From: Octopus vulgaris
Lineage: Eukaryota
Length of the DNA stretch: 64,000 bases
Direction of reading: 5' to 3'
NCBI GenBank assembly: GCA_951406725.2
Contig: OX597829.1
Coordinates: forward strand, 10,974,001 to 11,038,000
The position numbers were made by a program, and so were the translations under genes. Under the pieces are notes generated by a model. The model saw only the letters and a program-made list of their open reading frames with translations, was not told the origin of the DNA and ran no database searches. Shown here in pieces: positions 1 through 12,275 of this stretch; the first letter of the stretch is position 1, and the number at the start of each line of letters is the position of its first letter.

Positions 1-462
1 TACAAAGTGGTTTCAAACCCAGTTTGAAAGACATTTTCCCTCCGTTTTGGCTTTTAATCGAATACCACGATGCCACAGTATCTTATTTATTTATATCAAT
101 AGAGAACCTTTTTTCAAAATAAATCGCAATTTGTTAGGACTTAATTTACAAATTTTTATAATCAAGATGAATAACGTGTGATAAATATCACGAAGTAGAG
201 GGAAGATGAAAATAAATTCTCTTTGAGAGATGTTTATTGTTGAAGAAACTAACTCAGTGACAAAGTAGTTCTCCTAGAGTCCTTTTGAAAGTACTGAATG
301 ATCATCGCTGAATAATCATAGTTCCGCACAATCAGGACTGAACTGGGTTTAATAAGAGCAGTTGAAACATCTTGACAAATGAATGATCAAATTCGATTTA
401 TTCTATCTGTTCTAAGTTAACCGGAAGATCAATATATTGACAGTATATTGTCAGTATATTTT

Positions 463-879
463 AAGGCGGCGAGCTGGCAGAAACATTAGCACGCCGGGCG
501 ATATGCGTAGCCGTATTTCGTCTGCCGGTACGTTCTGAGTTCAAATTCCGCCGAGGTCGACTTTACCTTTCATCCTTTCAGGGTCAATTAAATAAGTACC
601 AGTTACGCACTGGAGTCGATGTAATCGACTTAATCCGTTTGTCTGTCCTTGTTTGTCCCCTCTGTGTTTAGCCCCTTGTGGGTAGTAAAGAAATAGGTAT
701 TTCGTCTGCCGTTACGTTCTGAGTTCAAATTCCGCCGAGGTCGGCTTTGCCTTTCATCCCTTCGGGGTCGATAAATTAAGTACCAGTTACACACTGGGGT
801 CGATATAATCGATTTAATCCGTTTGTCTATCCTTGTTTGTCCCCTCTATGTTTAGCCCCTTATGGGCAATAAAGAAATA
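463..879 (+). mobile_element. tRNA-derived SINE (octopus OR-like) with an internal tandem duplication of its 3' ~180 bp
   Basis: Head AGGCGGCGAGCTGGCAGAA, B-box-like GAGTTCAAATTCC, central GGGGTCGATAAAT-AAGTACCAG domain. 515-695 is repeated at 696-879. Tail ends ...AAAGAAATA. Confidence 0.85.
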
Positions 880-913
880 AGTATACTGTCAGTAACTGAT
901 CATTATTATCTCT

Positions 914-1119
914 TAAGGCGGCGAGCTGGCAGAATCGTAGCGCGCCGGCATTTCGTCCGACTTTACGTTCTGAGTTCAAATTCTGTCGAGGTCGACTTTG
1001 CCTTTCATCCTTTCGGGAAGTCGTTAAATTAAGTACCAGTGATGCACTGGAGTCGATGTAATCGGCTTGTCTCTTCCCCAAAATTTCAGCCCCTGTGCCT
1101 ATTGTAGAAAGGGTTATTA
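914..1119 (+). mobile_element. tRNA-derived SINE, same head/body as 463-879 but a different tail
   Basis: Same head and GAGTTCAAATT box; tail CCCCAAAATTTCAGCCCCTGTGCCT...GTAGAAAGGGTTATTAT. Confidence 0.8.
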
Positions 1120-1374
1120 TCTGTAAACGAAGCTTCTTCGTGGTATAGACTGACCTGATAAATTTAGACGTCAAATCTTCTTCAAATCACAGCTCCCATC
1201 GTCTTAGCAGAAGAACGCATTTTGATAATGTGAATATTTAATTGTCTGTATGGAAAACAAAAACAAAAAGGTTTTATTTTTTACTTTTTACTGGATGACT
1301 TACCTTTTGATTCCTTAAATCACACGTACTCCTATTTGTCGTCGTTATGGTTGTTATCATCATCATCATCATCA

Positions 1375-1413
<39 letters not shown>

Positions 1414-1842
1414 AACGCACACACTCTCACACCCACATACCCGCACACATGCACATACACCCATTATTGCCTTTCAAAAGAAGAGGATACATTGGATGAT
1501 ATTGTCATAAATACACACTAACTAAACAGAAAACAAACTGAGTCTCGGCCGAAGCGCCTTTAATTATGAATCTACTCAACCATGACTGTCCAGGTGTTAA
1601 ACAACAACCACGGCCATCAGATTCTTGCCATTGTTACCATCTGGACTTTAAAAAAATCATCTATCCCCATAACGTCCATTATCTACACATGATGACTTCA
1701 AATAGAAGCTAAGTGAATACGTTTAATATGTTGCGTAGAATTATAGATAACCTATTTAATAATACAGTAACGGCTACAAAAACAACCTTTTTTGTGCAAT
1801 ATTCGAACAATACAATTCTATGATTCTTTTACTCTTTCTCTC

Positions 1843-2023
1843 TTTTACTTGTTTCAGTCATTTGACTGCGGCCATGCTGGAGCACCGCCTTTAGTCGAGC
1901 AAATCGACCCTAGGACTTATTCTTTGTAAGCTTAGTACTTATCCTATCGGTCTCTTATGCCGAACCGCTAAGTCACGGAGACGTAAACACACCAGCATCG
2001 GTTGTCAAACAATGCTAGGGGGA

Positions 2024-2087
<64 letters not shown>

Positions 2088-2245
2088 TACGACAGGCTTC
2101 TTTCAGTTTCCGTCTACCAAATCCACTCACAAGGCTTTAGTCGGCCCGAGGCTATAATAGAAGACACTTGCCCAAGGTGCCACGCAGTGGGACTGAACCC
2201 GTAACCATGTGGTTCGTTAGCAAGTTACTTACCTCACAGCCACTC
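1843..2245 (-). mobile_element. tRNA-derived SINE (octopus OK-like) with internal CA/TA microsatellite
   Basis: Minus-strand head AGTGGCTGTG..GTAAG...GGGTTCAGTCCC; 3' end GCTCCAGCATGGCCGCAGTCAAATGACTGAAACAAGTAAAA; many homologous copies in the window. Confidence 0.85.
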
Positions 2246-3841
2246 TACTCATTGCTGATTGCTACCCGTTAAGAAAAGTAATGCGACAGAAGATCACGGG
2301 CAATAGGGAATAATATGAAGTAATTACTGGCATCAATCAGATCCATTTCTTTATTTTTTTATGTTTTTTTCATTGCTTAGTTAAAGAGAGAATGGCAGCG
2401 CCCATGAAATGGCCACCCTGACTAGTGAGGGAAAAGGAGAGAGGTATGTTGAAACTACGGTCCTGGTCTGAATGTCTCCAACAGAATGGATCCGTTAAAG
2501 GTAACCGTGAACCGGATGAATGTGGTAAACTATGATGTCTACCACCCATGTATGTCACACTGGGATTTCAACTCAGAACGCAAAGATACGAACAAATGCC
2601 GTATGGCAACCTAACCGACATTCTAATTCTTTCACCAGCTGACCGTCCTAGACGGGCCTTTTGTTTGCCGACCCCGGAGGGGATGAAACACTTAACTTAC
2701 CTCATCAGTGTTTGGAATCAGAATGGAAGAGGCAGAAATAAATACAGCACAGCATCTCGTCCATTTTAGTAATTCTGCCAATATACCACCTGGGCTTGTG
2801 TCGCTGCTGGTATCGATGCTGCAATTGTTGTTTTTAAACGATATCGATGGTGGTATAGTCGGAGGAACGGCTATTTGACTTATACAGTGACATTTAGTTT
2901 CGTAAGTTACGTACGTTAATGTTCTGAGTTCAAATACTGAGTTCAAATATCGCCTTTCATCTTTCTGTGGTTAATACAATTGTAAACTACAAACCGAATA
3001 CTGGGTTGGATTTAATCGTTTATAAACTTTCAACAAAACTTATGTGGCTGTGTGCATTAGTAGTAGTAGTAGTAGTAGTTGTTGTTGTTCTTGTTGTTGA
3101 TACGAAATAAAATTAAATTAGGAAAAATATTTTTCTTCTCACATCCTATTATAAATTAAAATTTTTTTTCACTAAATATAAAAAAAACGATAAAATAATG
3201 TTTGTTTCTGGTCTGAAACAAGACAGTGTTCTATTGTTTTGTTTCTTTGTCTCTTTTATTTTTTGTTTCAGTTTCCTTCCTGTTTGTTTTCTTTTATTTC
3301 GCTTTGTTTTTCTTTTATCATTTTTCCGAGCGTTCGGCATTCATGGATATTTCATTACGCAATTAAAATGTCTTTCAAAATTATTGGAATTTTTTTTAAT
3401 CCATGCTTAATTATTTTTTTCTTTCTTTTAAAGGAAATAAAGAATTAAATAATATCAGATACTTACTTTCAGAAATTTAAGCATCCATTATTTATTTATT
3501 GTTTTATTTTCATTTTTTCTTCTTCTAACAACTGATATGAGAAGTACAAATTCACTTCTTAGTTTCTTATACATATGTGCGTTTGCAAGGAACCGATTCA
3601 TGTACACATTGCTTAATATAATGGTATATATATGAGTGTGTGTGTGTGTGTGTTTATATATATATTTATATATAAGAAAGAGAGAGAGCAAGAGGTTATA
3701 CATACATACAGACATACTTAGATACATAAATAGATATATACATACATAGATATGTACATATATACATAAATATATACATACATACATAAATATATACATA
3801 CTTACATACATATATGGATACATACATAAATACATACATAA

Positions 3842-4108
<267 letters not shown>

Positions 4109-4127
4109 TATATATATATATATATAT

Positions 4128-4622
4128 AACTTAGATAAAACTTAGTTATGTTTCGACCAAAGATTGGTCCAGGCCATGTCTAACTTAATAGCACCACCTG
4201 ATAGGATTATCTAAATCCTGTTTAAGTCAAGTTTTGTTTATGGTCTATTCAAGTAGTGAGTTGGGTGAGTTGTATCCAATTATGGGTGGCTTATCTGGTA
4301 TTCCTTGAAGGAATCTATCCAGACTCCGTTTAAAATTGATGGGATCCTTTTCCTCTTTGATCTCTTTCGGTACAATGTTAAATAGGGCAGGGTCTGTTGA
4401 AGAAAAGAAATTATGTTGCAGTGTACATGTATGCTGTGATCTTGAATTGGGCAGGGGACGTATAGCCCGTGGTCCCAGTCTTGGATGAACCTTGAAGCTA
4501 ATGTTCAGGTCGTTTGGGCAAAGTTGGCGGTATATTCTCCACATCGTACAAATGATGTACCGCTCACGGCAACGCTGGAGAGAGTAGAGTTTCAAGGGTT
4601 TAAGGCGGTCCCAATAATCGAG
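4128..4622 (-). mobile_element. CR1-group LINE 3' fragment (ORF2 C-terminus + 3' UTR)
   Basis: LDYWDRLKPLKLYSLQRCRERY...LFNIVPKEIK...FKRSLDRFLQGIPD is a typical CR1-group ORF2 C-terminus. Confidence 0.8.
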
Positions 4623-4639
4623 AGATACATACATGCAGG

Positions 4640-4670
<31 letters not shown>

Positions 4671-4794
4671 CTACACATAGCAACATGTTTGATGTAAGTA
4701 TCCATCTGCCTATCATTTATACTTAAGTGCTGACTTGCAAATCTGTCTGTATCTGTATTAGTGTCAATGTGAGAAGTCATGGCACGTTAGCTAG

Positions 4795-5131
4795 ACAAAT
4801 ACAAATCATACATTAATAGTTTACAGGTGTTCAAAGAAAAGTTTGCCTCACACTGCACACATTTATACACCTACTCTGGATTTACACACACAACTTCTCT
4901 TCTGCAGATTAGCCATCACCACCGCCACCACTACCAGCCCTCGCTCATGTAACTTGAATATAATTTTCGAATAATTAGATATTACTCACTTCTGATGAGA
5001 TTCGTGTAGAATCAAAACATTATCAACTTAATAATTTAGGGTCACCAAATAAAGAATACTCTCCACTTTTTGATGTAGCGAATCATATATTTTGTGCCTG
5101 TAAACTTGGCCTTAAGAAATAATACACGAGA
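4795..5131 (+). mobile_element. Degenerate Penelope-like pLTR remnant
   Basis: CTGATGA-GATTC-gtgta-GAATC-aAAAC (minimal hammerhead with G12 mutated) at 4992-5018, followed by AATAAA. Confidence 0.45.
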
Positions 5132-5132
5132 A

Positions 5133-5208
<76 letters not shown>
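5133..5208. repeat. (TATC)n microsatellite, 5' flank of Tx1-like LINE
   Basis: Directly visible. Confidence 0.98.
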
Positions 5209-5407
5209 GACAGACGTGTTGTCACCTCGGCTCCGAAGGTAATCGTTTATTTTGACTATTTATAGCCCATATTTTGTGTACATTTTTGTAAATAAGGTGT
5301 GTAAGGCACCCAACTTTCGTTTGAGTGCTTTTCCAAGGGAGGAATTCGCCCCTAGGGGCAGTTTCAACCCTATTTTATTTACGTATTTTTCTTCTCGACA
5401 TTAAAAA

Positions 5408-7284
5408 ATGTCGAGAAATGTTATTGTAGAACCCTGGTCAAATTCCTTTATGGACCAGCATTTTCCTAGACTTGAAACGCTAGGAGAAAAAAGAACGTAT
5501 GCACGCACACACATTCGACAAACCTGAATGACATGGTAGTGAACGCTGCAACCACTTGCGGTAACAGCCCTGTCACCACCACCAGCACTAACAACAACAA
5601 CAACGTGACTACTACTGCTACCACCACCACCACCACGACCAACATAAATTATAAAAATGAAACTCACGTGAATACTATTAACAAAAACAACAGCAACAAG
5701 AAGAACAACAACAAAAATGAAATAAATATTTTACCATCTAATAGTGAAGATATTAATATAAAAGAATCAACAGCACCAGTAAATTTCGCTGACACTCTGC
5801 GTCAAAAAAAGAAATAATAAAATTTACGAATGAAGAGTTAATAGAAACGAGAGCACTCTTTACAACCCAAGGGCAGGATTTAGTGCTGCATACACCTCAA
5901 CACATAAAGGAACAAATAGAAAATAAGACAATTATATATAAAATTATAAGAAAAAACAAAAAACAAGATGAACAGATTACAAAAACGGACATAGAAAAGT
6001 GTTTAAAAACATAATGAAAGAAAAGAATATATAAACAGGGGTCCCTAGTTTAATACAGTGGTGATCCACTTCCCTAACCAAAAGGTGGCAAAAGCTCACT
6101 CTACGAAGTCTTTGCAAAATGATGAAATCATCATGGTCCCATATTACAAAGGCCAGAGAGTGAGTAGAATTAGCATTAAAAATGTACCCCACGAGATACC
6201 TAACAAATGGATAACAGGAGCGATCTGTTACCATTTGAAAACGATAAACATATTAGAAACCGCCGTGTATAAAAACGACAATTGGGGTGGTAAAACAGTA
6301 GTAGTGACCATCCAGATTGAGAGGTCCTCTATCGAGAACCTACCTGATAGGATCCATTTAGAAAATGGGCAAATCCTATGTGTTGTAGCAGAAGGCAAAA
6401 AGCCCAGATGCTACAACTGCGGCAGCGCAGAACATTTAATTGCCAAGTGCGCTCTGGCAGATAAAAAAAAAGAAAGAACAAATCAGAAAACAAATAAAAA
6501 ACCCTTGTTGGCAACACCAACACCAACACATTCAATTATGGAACAATGCCAAGAAAAACAAGAAACCAGCAAACAAACCCCAACAACATCATCAACAAAA
6601 GAAACAGTACCAACACAATCACCGTTGACGTCGCAACCAATTCATCATGCTGAACCAACAAAATGTAGACCAACACTAACACCGAGGACGACAATTAAAA
6701 AGACAGAAAACAGTGACGAGAAAACAAATTCTACCCCTAACACCACAACAACACAAACACAGCACAAAACATCAACAATTTCTACAAGCATACATATTAA
6801 CGCACATGCTTTGCCTTTACCCCATTCTGATACGTCCGATGACGAAAGTTCGACGGAATGGCAAATAGCCATAGGGGGTAAAAGGAAAAGATCAAAAAAG
6901 CCCACCAAACAAGGAAGTAAAGCAGGGAGATATTTAACTCCGGACAGCATCCCCCTAGATAATCAAAAAATCAATGAACCCGCAAAACCACACACACAAC
7001 TAACTGCAATAGACACAGACAATAAAAAATTAATGGATTACATTGCATCCAACACGGACATCTGTGAAGATGACTTTAAGGCAAACAATCATCCGCGCAC
7101 CACACCACCGAAACACATAAGAATTGTACATGTAACACAAACAGAACACCATACACTGAAAACAATATTTCCAAATGCGGTAGGCGGGTTTCAACGATAC
7201 CTCTCAAAAAAACTATTCAAACAACTCATCAAAGACACTACAAAAGAAGAACAAAAAACTGAAACTTTCGAAATGAGTAAGTGA
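5408..7284 (+). pseudogene. Tx1-like ORF1 (nucleic-acid-binding protein with CCHC knuckle), frameshifted at the 5' end
   Basis: 6058-7284 is open and contains CYNCGSAEHLIAKC (CX2CX4HX4C); upstream pieces run from ATG 5408 in other frames. Confidence 0.8.
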
Positions 7285-7347
7285 CCTTCCCTCTTGCCTC
7301 TTGTCTCTCCCAATGTAGTGTGTGAAACACAATTTTCGTAAACGTCA

Positions 7348-10300
7348 ATGATGCTTAAATTAGGTTGTGTGAATCCGCGTGGCTTGGCGTCGGCTTGGAA
7401 GCAAGGTTACCTTCTAAACGACATCAAGTCACTGAACGTGGATATAGTATCTATCAGTGAAACAAGACTCAGCAAGCCGCAGGCCCTCGCGTCCATGTTT
7501 GGCGATCAATTCGACATTTATTTTTCTCCTTGTCTGCCGAACAAGGGTGGTGGAGGTACCGCGGTCCTTTTTCGAAAGAGTCTAAATGTAAAAGTAAGAA
7601 CAATATTCCTAGACCCGGAGGGTAGGCTGGTTGTCTTGGACGTGGGTGGCAGAAATGGGTGTGCATTCCGTCTGATGGCAGTTTATGCACCGTCCTTAAC
7701 GGGTCGGGCGGATTTCTTCAGACGTCTAGAGGTTTTCCTGGGTACGTCTAGACCTTTACTGTTAGTAGGGGATTTGAACGCTACCTTGGACACGCGTCTA
7801 CAATATGTGGGAATGGATAGGAATAGAAGGGGTGTAAGTGCCTCAAAGACCTACTCAGACGTTTTCATTTGTCTGACAGGTTCCGACTCGACCATCCGAA
7901 CGTGCCAACGTGGACTTGGACAAACCGCATCGGATCGTCGAGATCTTATCTAGATAGAATTCTATGCAAGACAGCGGATAGGGATAGTGTAGGATGTCCA
8001 CAATTTAAAATAGTCAGCTACACAGATCACAAATTTGTGACGTGTACGCTCGACTTAGATAAGACACATAGACAGGGTCCCGGTTACTGGAAACTGAACA
8101 CGTCGCTCTTAGCGCGACAGGTTTACAGGAACCGGATTAGCGAGTTAATTAAAAGGGCGCTGACGGGAGCCGTCGTTAACAACCGCTGGTAGATCGCCCT
8201 GAAAATGGCAATAAAATCGGAATCAATTAGGTTTAGCAAGGAATTAGCGATAGATCGAAATAGAGTAGAGGGAGACCTGGTTAAGAAACTAGAAGAGGCA
8301 CTTACCACTGGCAGCGCAACCAACGTGCTGTCTGCGAGGATGGCCCTCGACCAAAACCTCAACTCCAAGCACGAAGGTTGCGTCGTCTGAGCTAAAATGC
8401 GTGCCTTAAGGAACGAAGGGATCGAAGTTGCGCGAGAGGTCCGGGTAGCGGAGGCGCAGTGTGACAACAGAGCCACCATTCGGTCTCTAATAGATCAACA
8501 GGGATGCAGTTTACTCGAACCCGAAAGGATGTGTGAGGCCTTTCAACAGCACTTTGCTCGACTGTTTGGTGCGAGTGGTGGGTCGGAACGCGGGATGGAT
8601 TTCAGTGCCTACCTGACCGACCTGCCGCGGCAAGAGAAGCGGAGTGTAGTGAAAGTCCCATCACAACCGCTGACGTGCGGGATGCGATGGCGGGCTAAGC
8701 GAGGGATAAATCGCCTGGATTGGATGGTTTACCCTATGGGCTGTATTGTCAAATGCCAGACTTGTTTGGCGACCTCTTGGCATCAGTCTACTGCAACTGG
8801 CAACAAAACGGGAGAATCCCCGGTTTCGTGAGCCGAGGTGCTGTGACGTTGCTGAAGAAAGACCCAAACAAGGAAAATTTTATAGATAATTTCAGGCCCA
8901 TCACTCTGCTCAACGCAGATTTGAAAATTTTGGCCAAAGTAATAGCCGAGAGGTTGGCGCTTGTCATCGGTAAACTGGTCGACAGGGCGCAAACATGCGC
9001 CGTGCCGGGCAGAACCTCACATAACAACCTCCATCTGATACGCTACATTGTGGACAAGGAAGTTAAGGATCCTGACATGGGTGGGGCGCTGATCAATTTG
9101 GATCAGTCTAAAGCCTTCGATAGTGTCGACCATCGGTACTTGGCGGCCGTCGTCAGGGCGGCTGGCTTCGGTCCCGTCTTCCGCGGTGGATCGCTGCCTT
9201 GTATAGCGGCATCCGATCGATGATTCAGGTGAACGGTCACCTGTCGAAACCGTTTGACATCACGCGTTCGGTCCGTCAGGGGTGTCCCCTGTCGGGGCTT
9301 CTGTATGTATTGACTCCCGAGCCGCTACTGCGGAAGCTGGCGACACTGAGGGGCATCCCACGGGAACTGGGTTGCGGGACGAGCGTGTCGGCATATGCGG
9401 ACGGTGTCACCGTCATAGTGTCGAGCGAAAAACACATCCAGATGATAGTCGATACACTAAGAAAATACGAAACGGTGACGGGAGCGTAGATTAACCCGGA
9501 AAAGTCAGTGGGTTTGCTACTCGGCACCTGGAGAAGCAAGCCCATGCCGTCCGACTGCGGCTCAGTAGTGGGACGCTGGACGGACGGACCGGTTAAATTG
9601 CTCGGGGTCTGGTTCAGTCCGGACCTCCAAATGGATAAGAACTGGGACGAGATCAGGAGTAGAGTGGTCGCTCTCAGCCAAACATGGGCCGAGAGAAAGC
9701 TGTCTCTAAAAGGTCGGGCGGAGGTGGCAAACGCGTACATCGCATCCGTCATCGATTACCGCCTCACTGTCGTGCCTTGTCCCGACGCCACCATCACCAA
9801 ACTGGAGGGCATACTCTTCCGCTTCCTGTGGAAGGGTGGCGTTCCGATGGTGAGGAAGTTCATTAGCTGTCAACATCCGTTGAATGGAGGACTGGGCATG
9901 CCGTGGTTGATGATGCGCAGACATGTGCTGAGACTGCGACATCTCTGGAACTTCATCGATGACGGTGAACAGGTGTGGGCGCCGTTTGTGAGGCGCGCCT
10001 TCCCGCAGCTCGTCTCACTGATCGAACTGCAAACGTGGATCAAGAAGAGACCGAAACTAGGCGATTGGCACCAAGAGTGTCGCCAAGCTCTACAGCAGCT
10101 CTGCCGACCGGGGTCAAACTTGTGCAACTTACGAACGACTAAAGCGTTCTATAGAGGACTAATGGAGGAGAGGTCCGACGACACACTCGGGGCAAACCTG
10201 GGCGTCGACGAGAAATTCCTAACACGCCTGTTCAGAACGACGTTCGGGCCGGGGCCTATGGATATCTTCCAGAAATCCCTGGCTTAGCAGTGCTATCGAG

Positions 10301-10779
10301 ACGCACTACCTGTTCGAGAGAAGAGCTACAGGCACGGTTCGAAAACCATCACCGGACCGACCTGCCCAAGATGCGGTCAGAGCGACGAAACTGTTCTGCA
10401 CGCACTCGTGAAGTGTCCAGATATTTCAGAGCTGTGGACCTTCGTCGAACAGCTGTCGTCGTGTGTAGAACGGGCCCGCTTATCGGCCGAGTCTATCGTG
10501 AATATTGTTCCACCACCTTCCTTTAAACGGGAAGGGAAAACAGCTTTCGTTACGCTGATGTCTATGGCGAAAGAATGTGTGTGGTGGATGCGTTTGAAAG
10601 GACTGCAAACAAACACCCTCTCTGGTCAGTCTCTCGTCAACTTTTTCAAGTACCACTTGAAAAGGAGGATGAGAATAGAGAGGAAGGCTTTGTCGAACGA
10701 ATGTTTTAATAAAAAGTGGGTAAAAGTGGCAAAAATGGTCAGTATGAAAGACGACACTATTTTAAGCGTAAATCTGTAA
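7348..10779 (+). pseudogene. Tx1-like ORF2: AP endonuclease + reverse transcriptase + C-terminal zinc finger, with several frameshifts/stops
   Basis: APE: N-x-RGL, SET, VYAP, GDLN, YLDRI, TDH. RT: FRPITLLNADLKILAK, DQSKAFD, VRQGCPLS, YADG(D). Zinc finger: CPRCGQSDETVLHALVKC. Confidence 0.92.
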
Positions 10780-11067
10780 CCAAAAGAGACAACGAGATGT
10801 AAGGTGACTTACTCATGTGTTCATTTTCGAACTGTCTGAGGTGACCTTGGTCTTTTTTGTAGGTTTTTCTTTCCAAGGCTACACCTAAACTGTGAACTTT
10901 ATATATATATATATTGCTTTTTTATACACCACGCAACCCACAGATCCCTATTGATCAAACGTTTTTTTTTTGTGTCTCACCCATCCCACCTCGAAAAGAA
11001 AAAATTCTACATTGTATTTCGTCCATTTTTATTCTGTGTTTAGCCCTGTGTGGCTACAATAAAAAGT

Positions 11068-11366
<299 letters not shown>

Positions 11367-11377
11367 GTAACACGTAG

Positions 11378-11610
11378 ATATACACATACATTAACTTCTC
11401 CTCCCACCCTACCCACATCAAGCTACATCCTCTACTCCGAATTCATCCGTCTGTGCAGGCTCTGTTGTGAAAACCATGGCTTTGAGACTTAGTCTCAACT
11501 CATGGCTTGCCATTTCACCCTTCGTGGATATCCCCTCACACTATCTACACAGCCCTTGCCAGAGCACGTTCTGTAGACCGTGCCTCTGCTCTCTGTCCCC
11601 CTACCCCCAC
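11378..11610 (+). pseudogene. Penelope-like RT thumb-domain fragment
   Basis: Translates across frameshifts to ..HPTHIK..YSEFIRLCRLCCENHGFET*SQLMACHFTLRGYP..TALARARSVDRASAL, the typical PLE post-RT motif. Confidence 0.65.
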
Positions 11611-11693
11611 CCAATGCCGTTAGATATATATAATCTTCTATCTAATATTGAGGTTTCATCTTTTGTTGTTACTTTATTATTATTATTATTATG

Positions 11694-11747
<54 letters not shown>

Positions 11748-12204
11748 GAGTGAGAGAGCAGTTCATGCCATCAAAGTGACACTGGGGTAAAATATACGAA
11801 GCCCAATATACCCATCATGACTACCCGTCTGATAAAGGTACACCAGGCACATGCATCACAACCATATGTGCGCGACATGGTGATCTCATATCAAGATAAA
11901 CAGCACATGACCTTGCAGGTGGGGCCCAGTTAGAATTTTCTTCAGGTTGAGTAGCCCATCCCGCTCAAACGGTCCCTGAATAAGGGTTGCTTAAGGATGT
12001 TGAAAGAACCACCCATGTTTCCAGAGGTGAACTATTCAAACCCCAAAGAATCCCTCTCAACACATGGCTATGATGCTCCCCCACTACTTCTGCTCGTGAT
12101 CAGAGATGCACATATCGTCAGCCACTAAGGGACATGCTCAACTGGTTAAGGTCAAACAACTGACAAGCAAATCTGTGGTATTGAGCAGAATATTTGCTGT
12201 AGCC

Positions 12205-12206
<2 letters not shown>
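11748..12206 (-). mobile_element. 5'-truncated copy of the ~555-bp non-coding (TAA)n-inserted element
   Basis: Near-identical to 17512-18055 and 32965-33519; lacks ~95 bp at one end; TTA repeats on both sides. Confidence 0.85.
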
Positions 12207-12259
<53 letters not shown>

Positions 12260-12275
12260 TATTATTATTATTATT

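Larger units (their letters stand above)
5209..11067 (+). mobile_element. Near full-length Tx1/L1-group non-LTR retrotransposon (ORF1 + APE-RT ORF2), decayed
   Basis: 5' UTR, zinc-knuckle ORF1, ORF2 with APE, RT and C-terminal CCHC, 3' UTR ending AATAAAAAGT; (TATC)n on both sides. Confidence 0.92.

Noticed and set aside
11820-11860. CTGATAA.GG in the 555-bp element as a hammerhead core
   Set aside because: It does not match CUGANGA and has no properly placed GAAA or stems.
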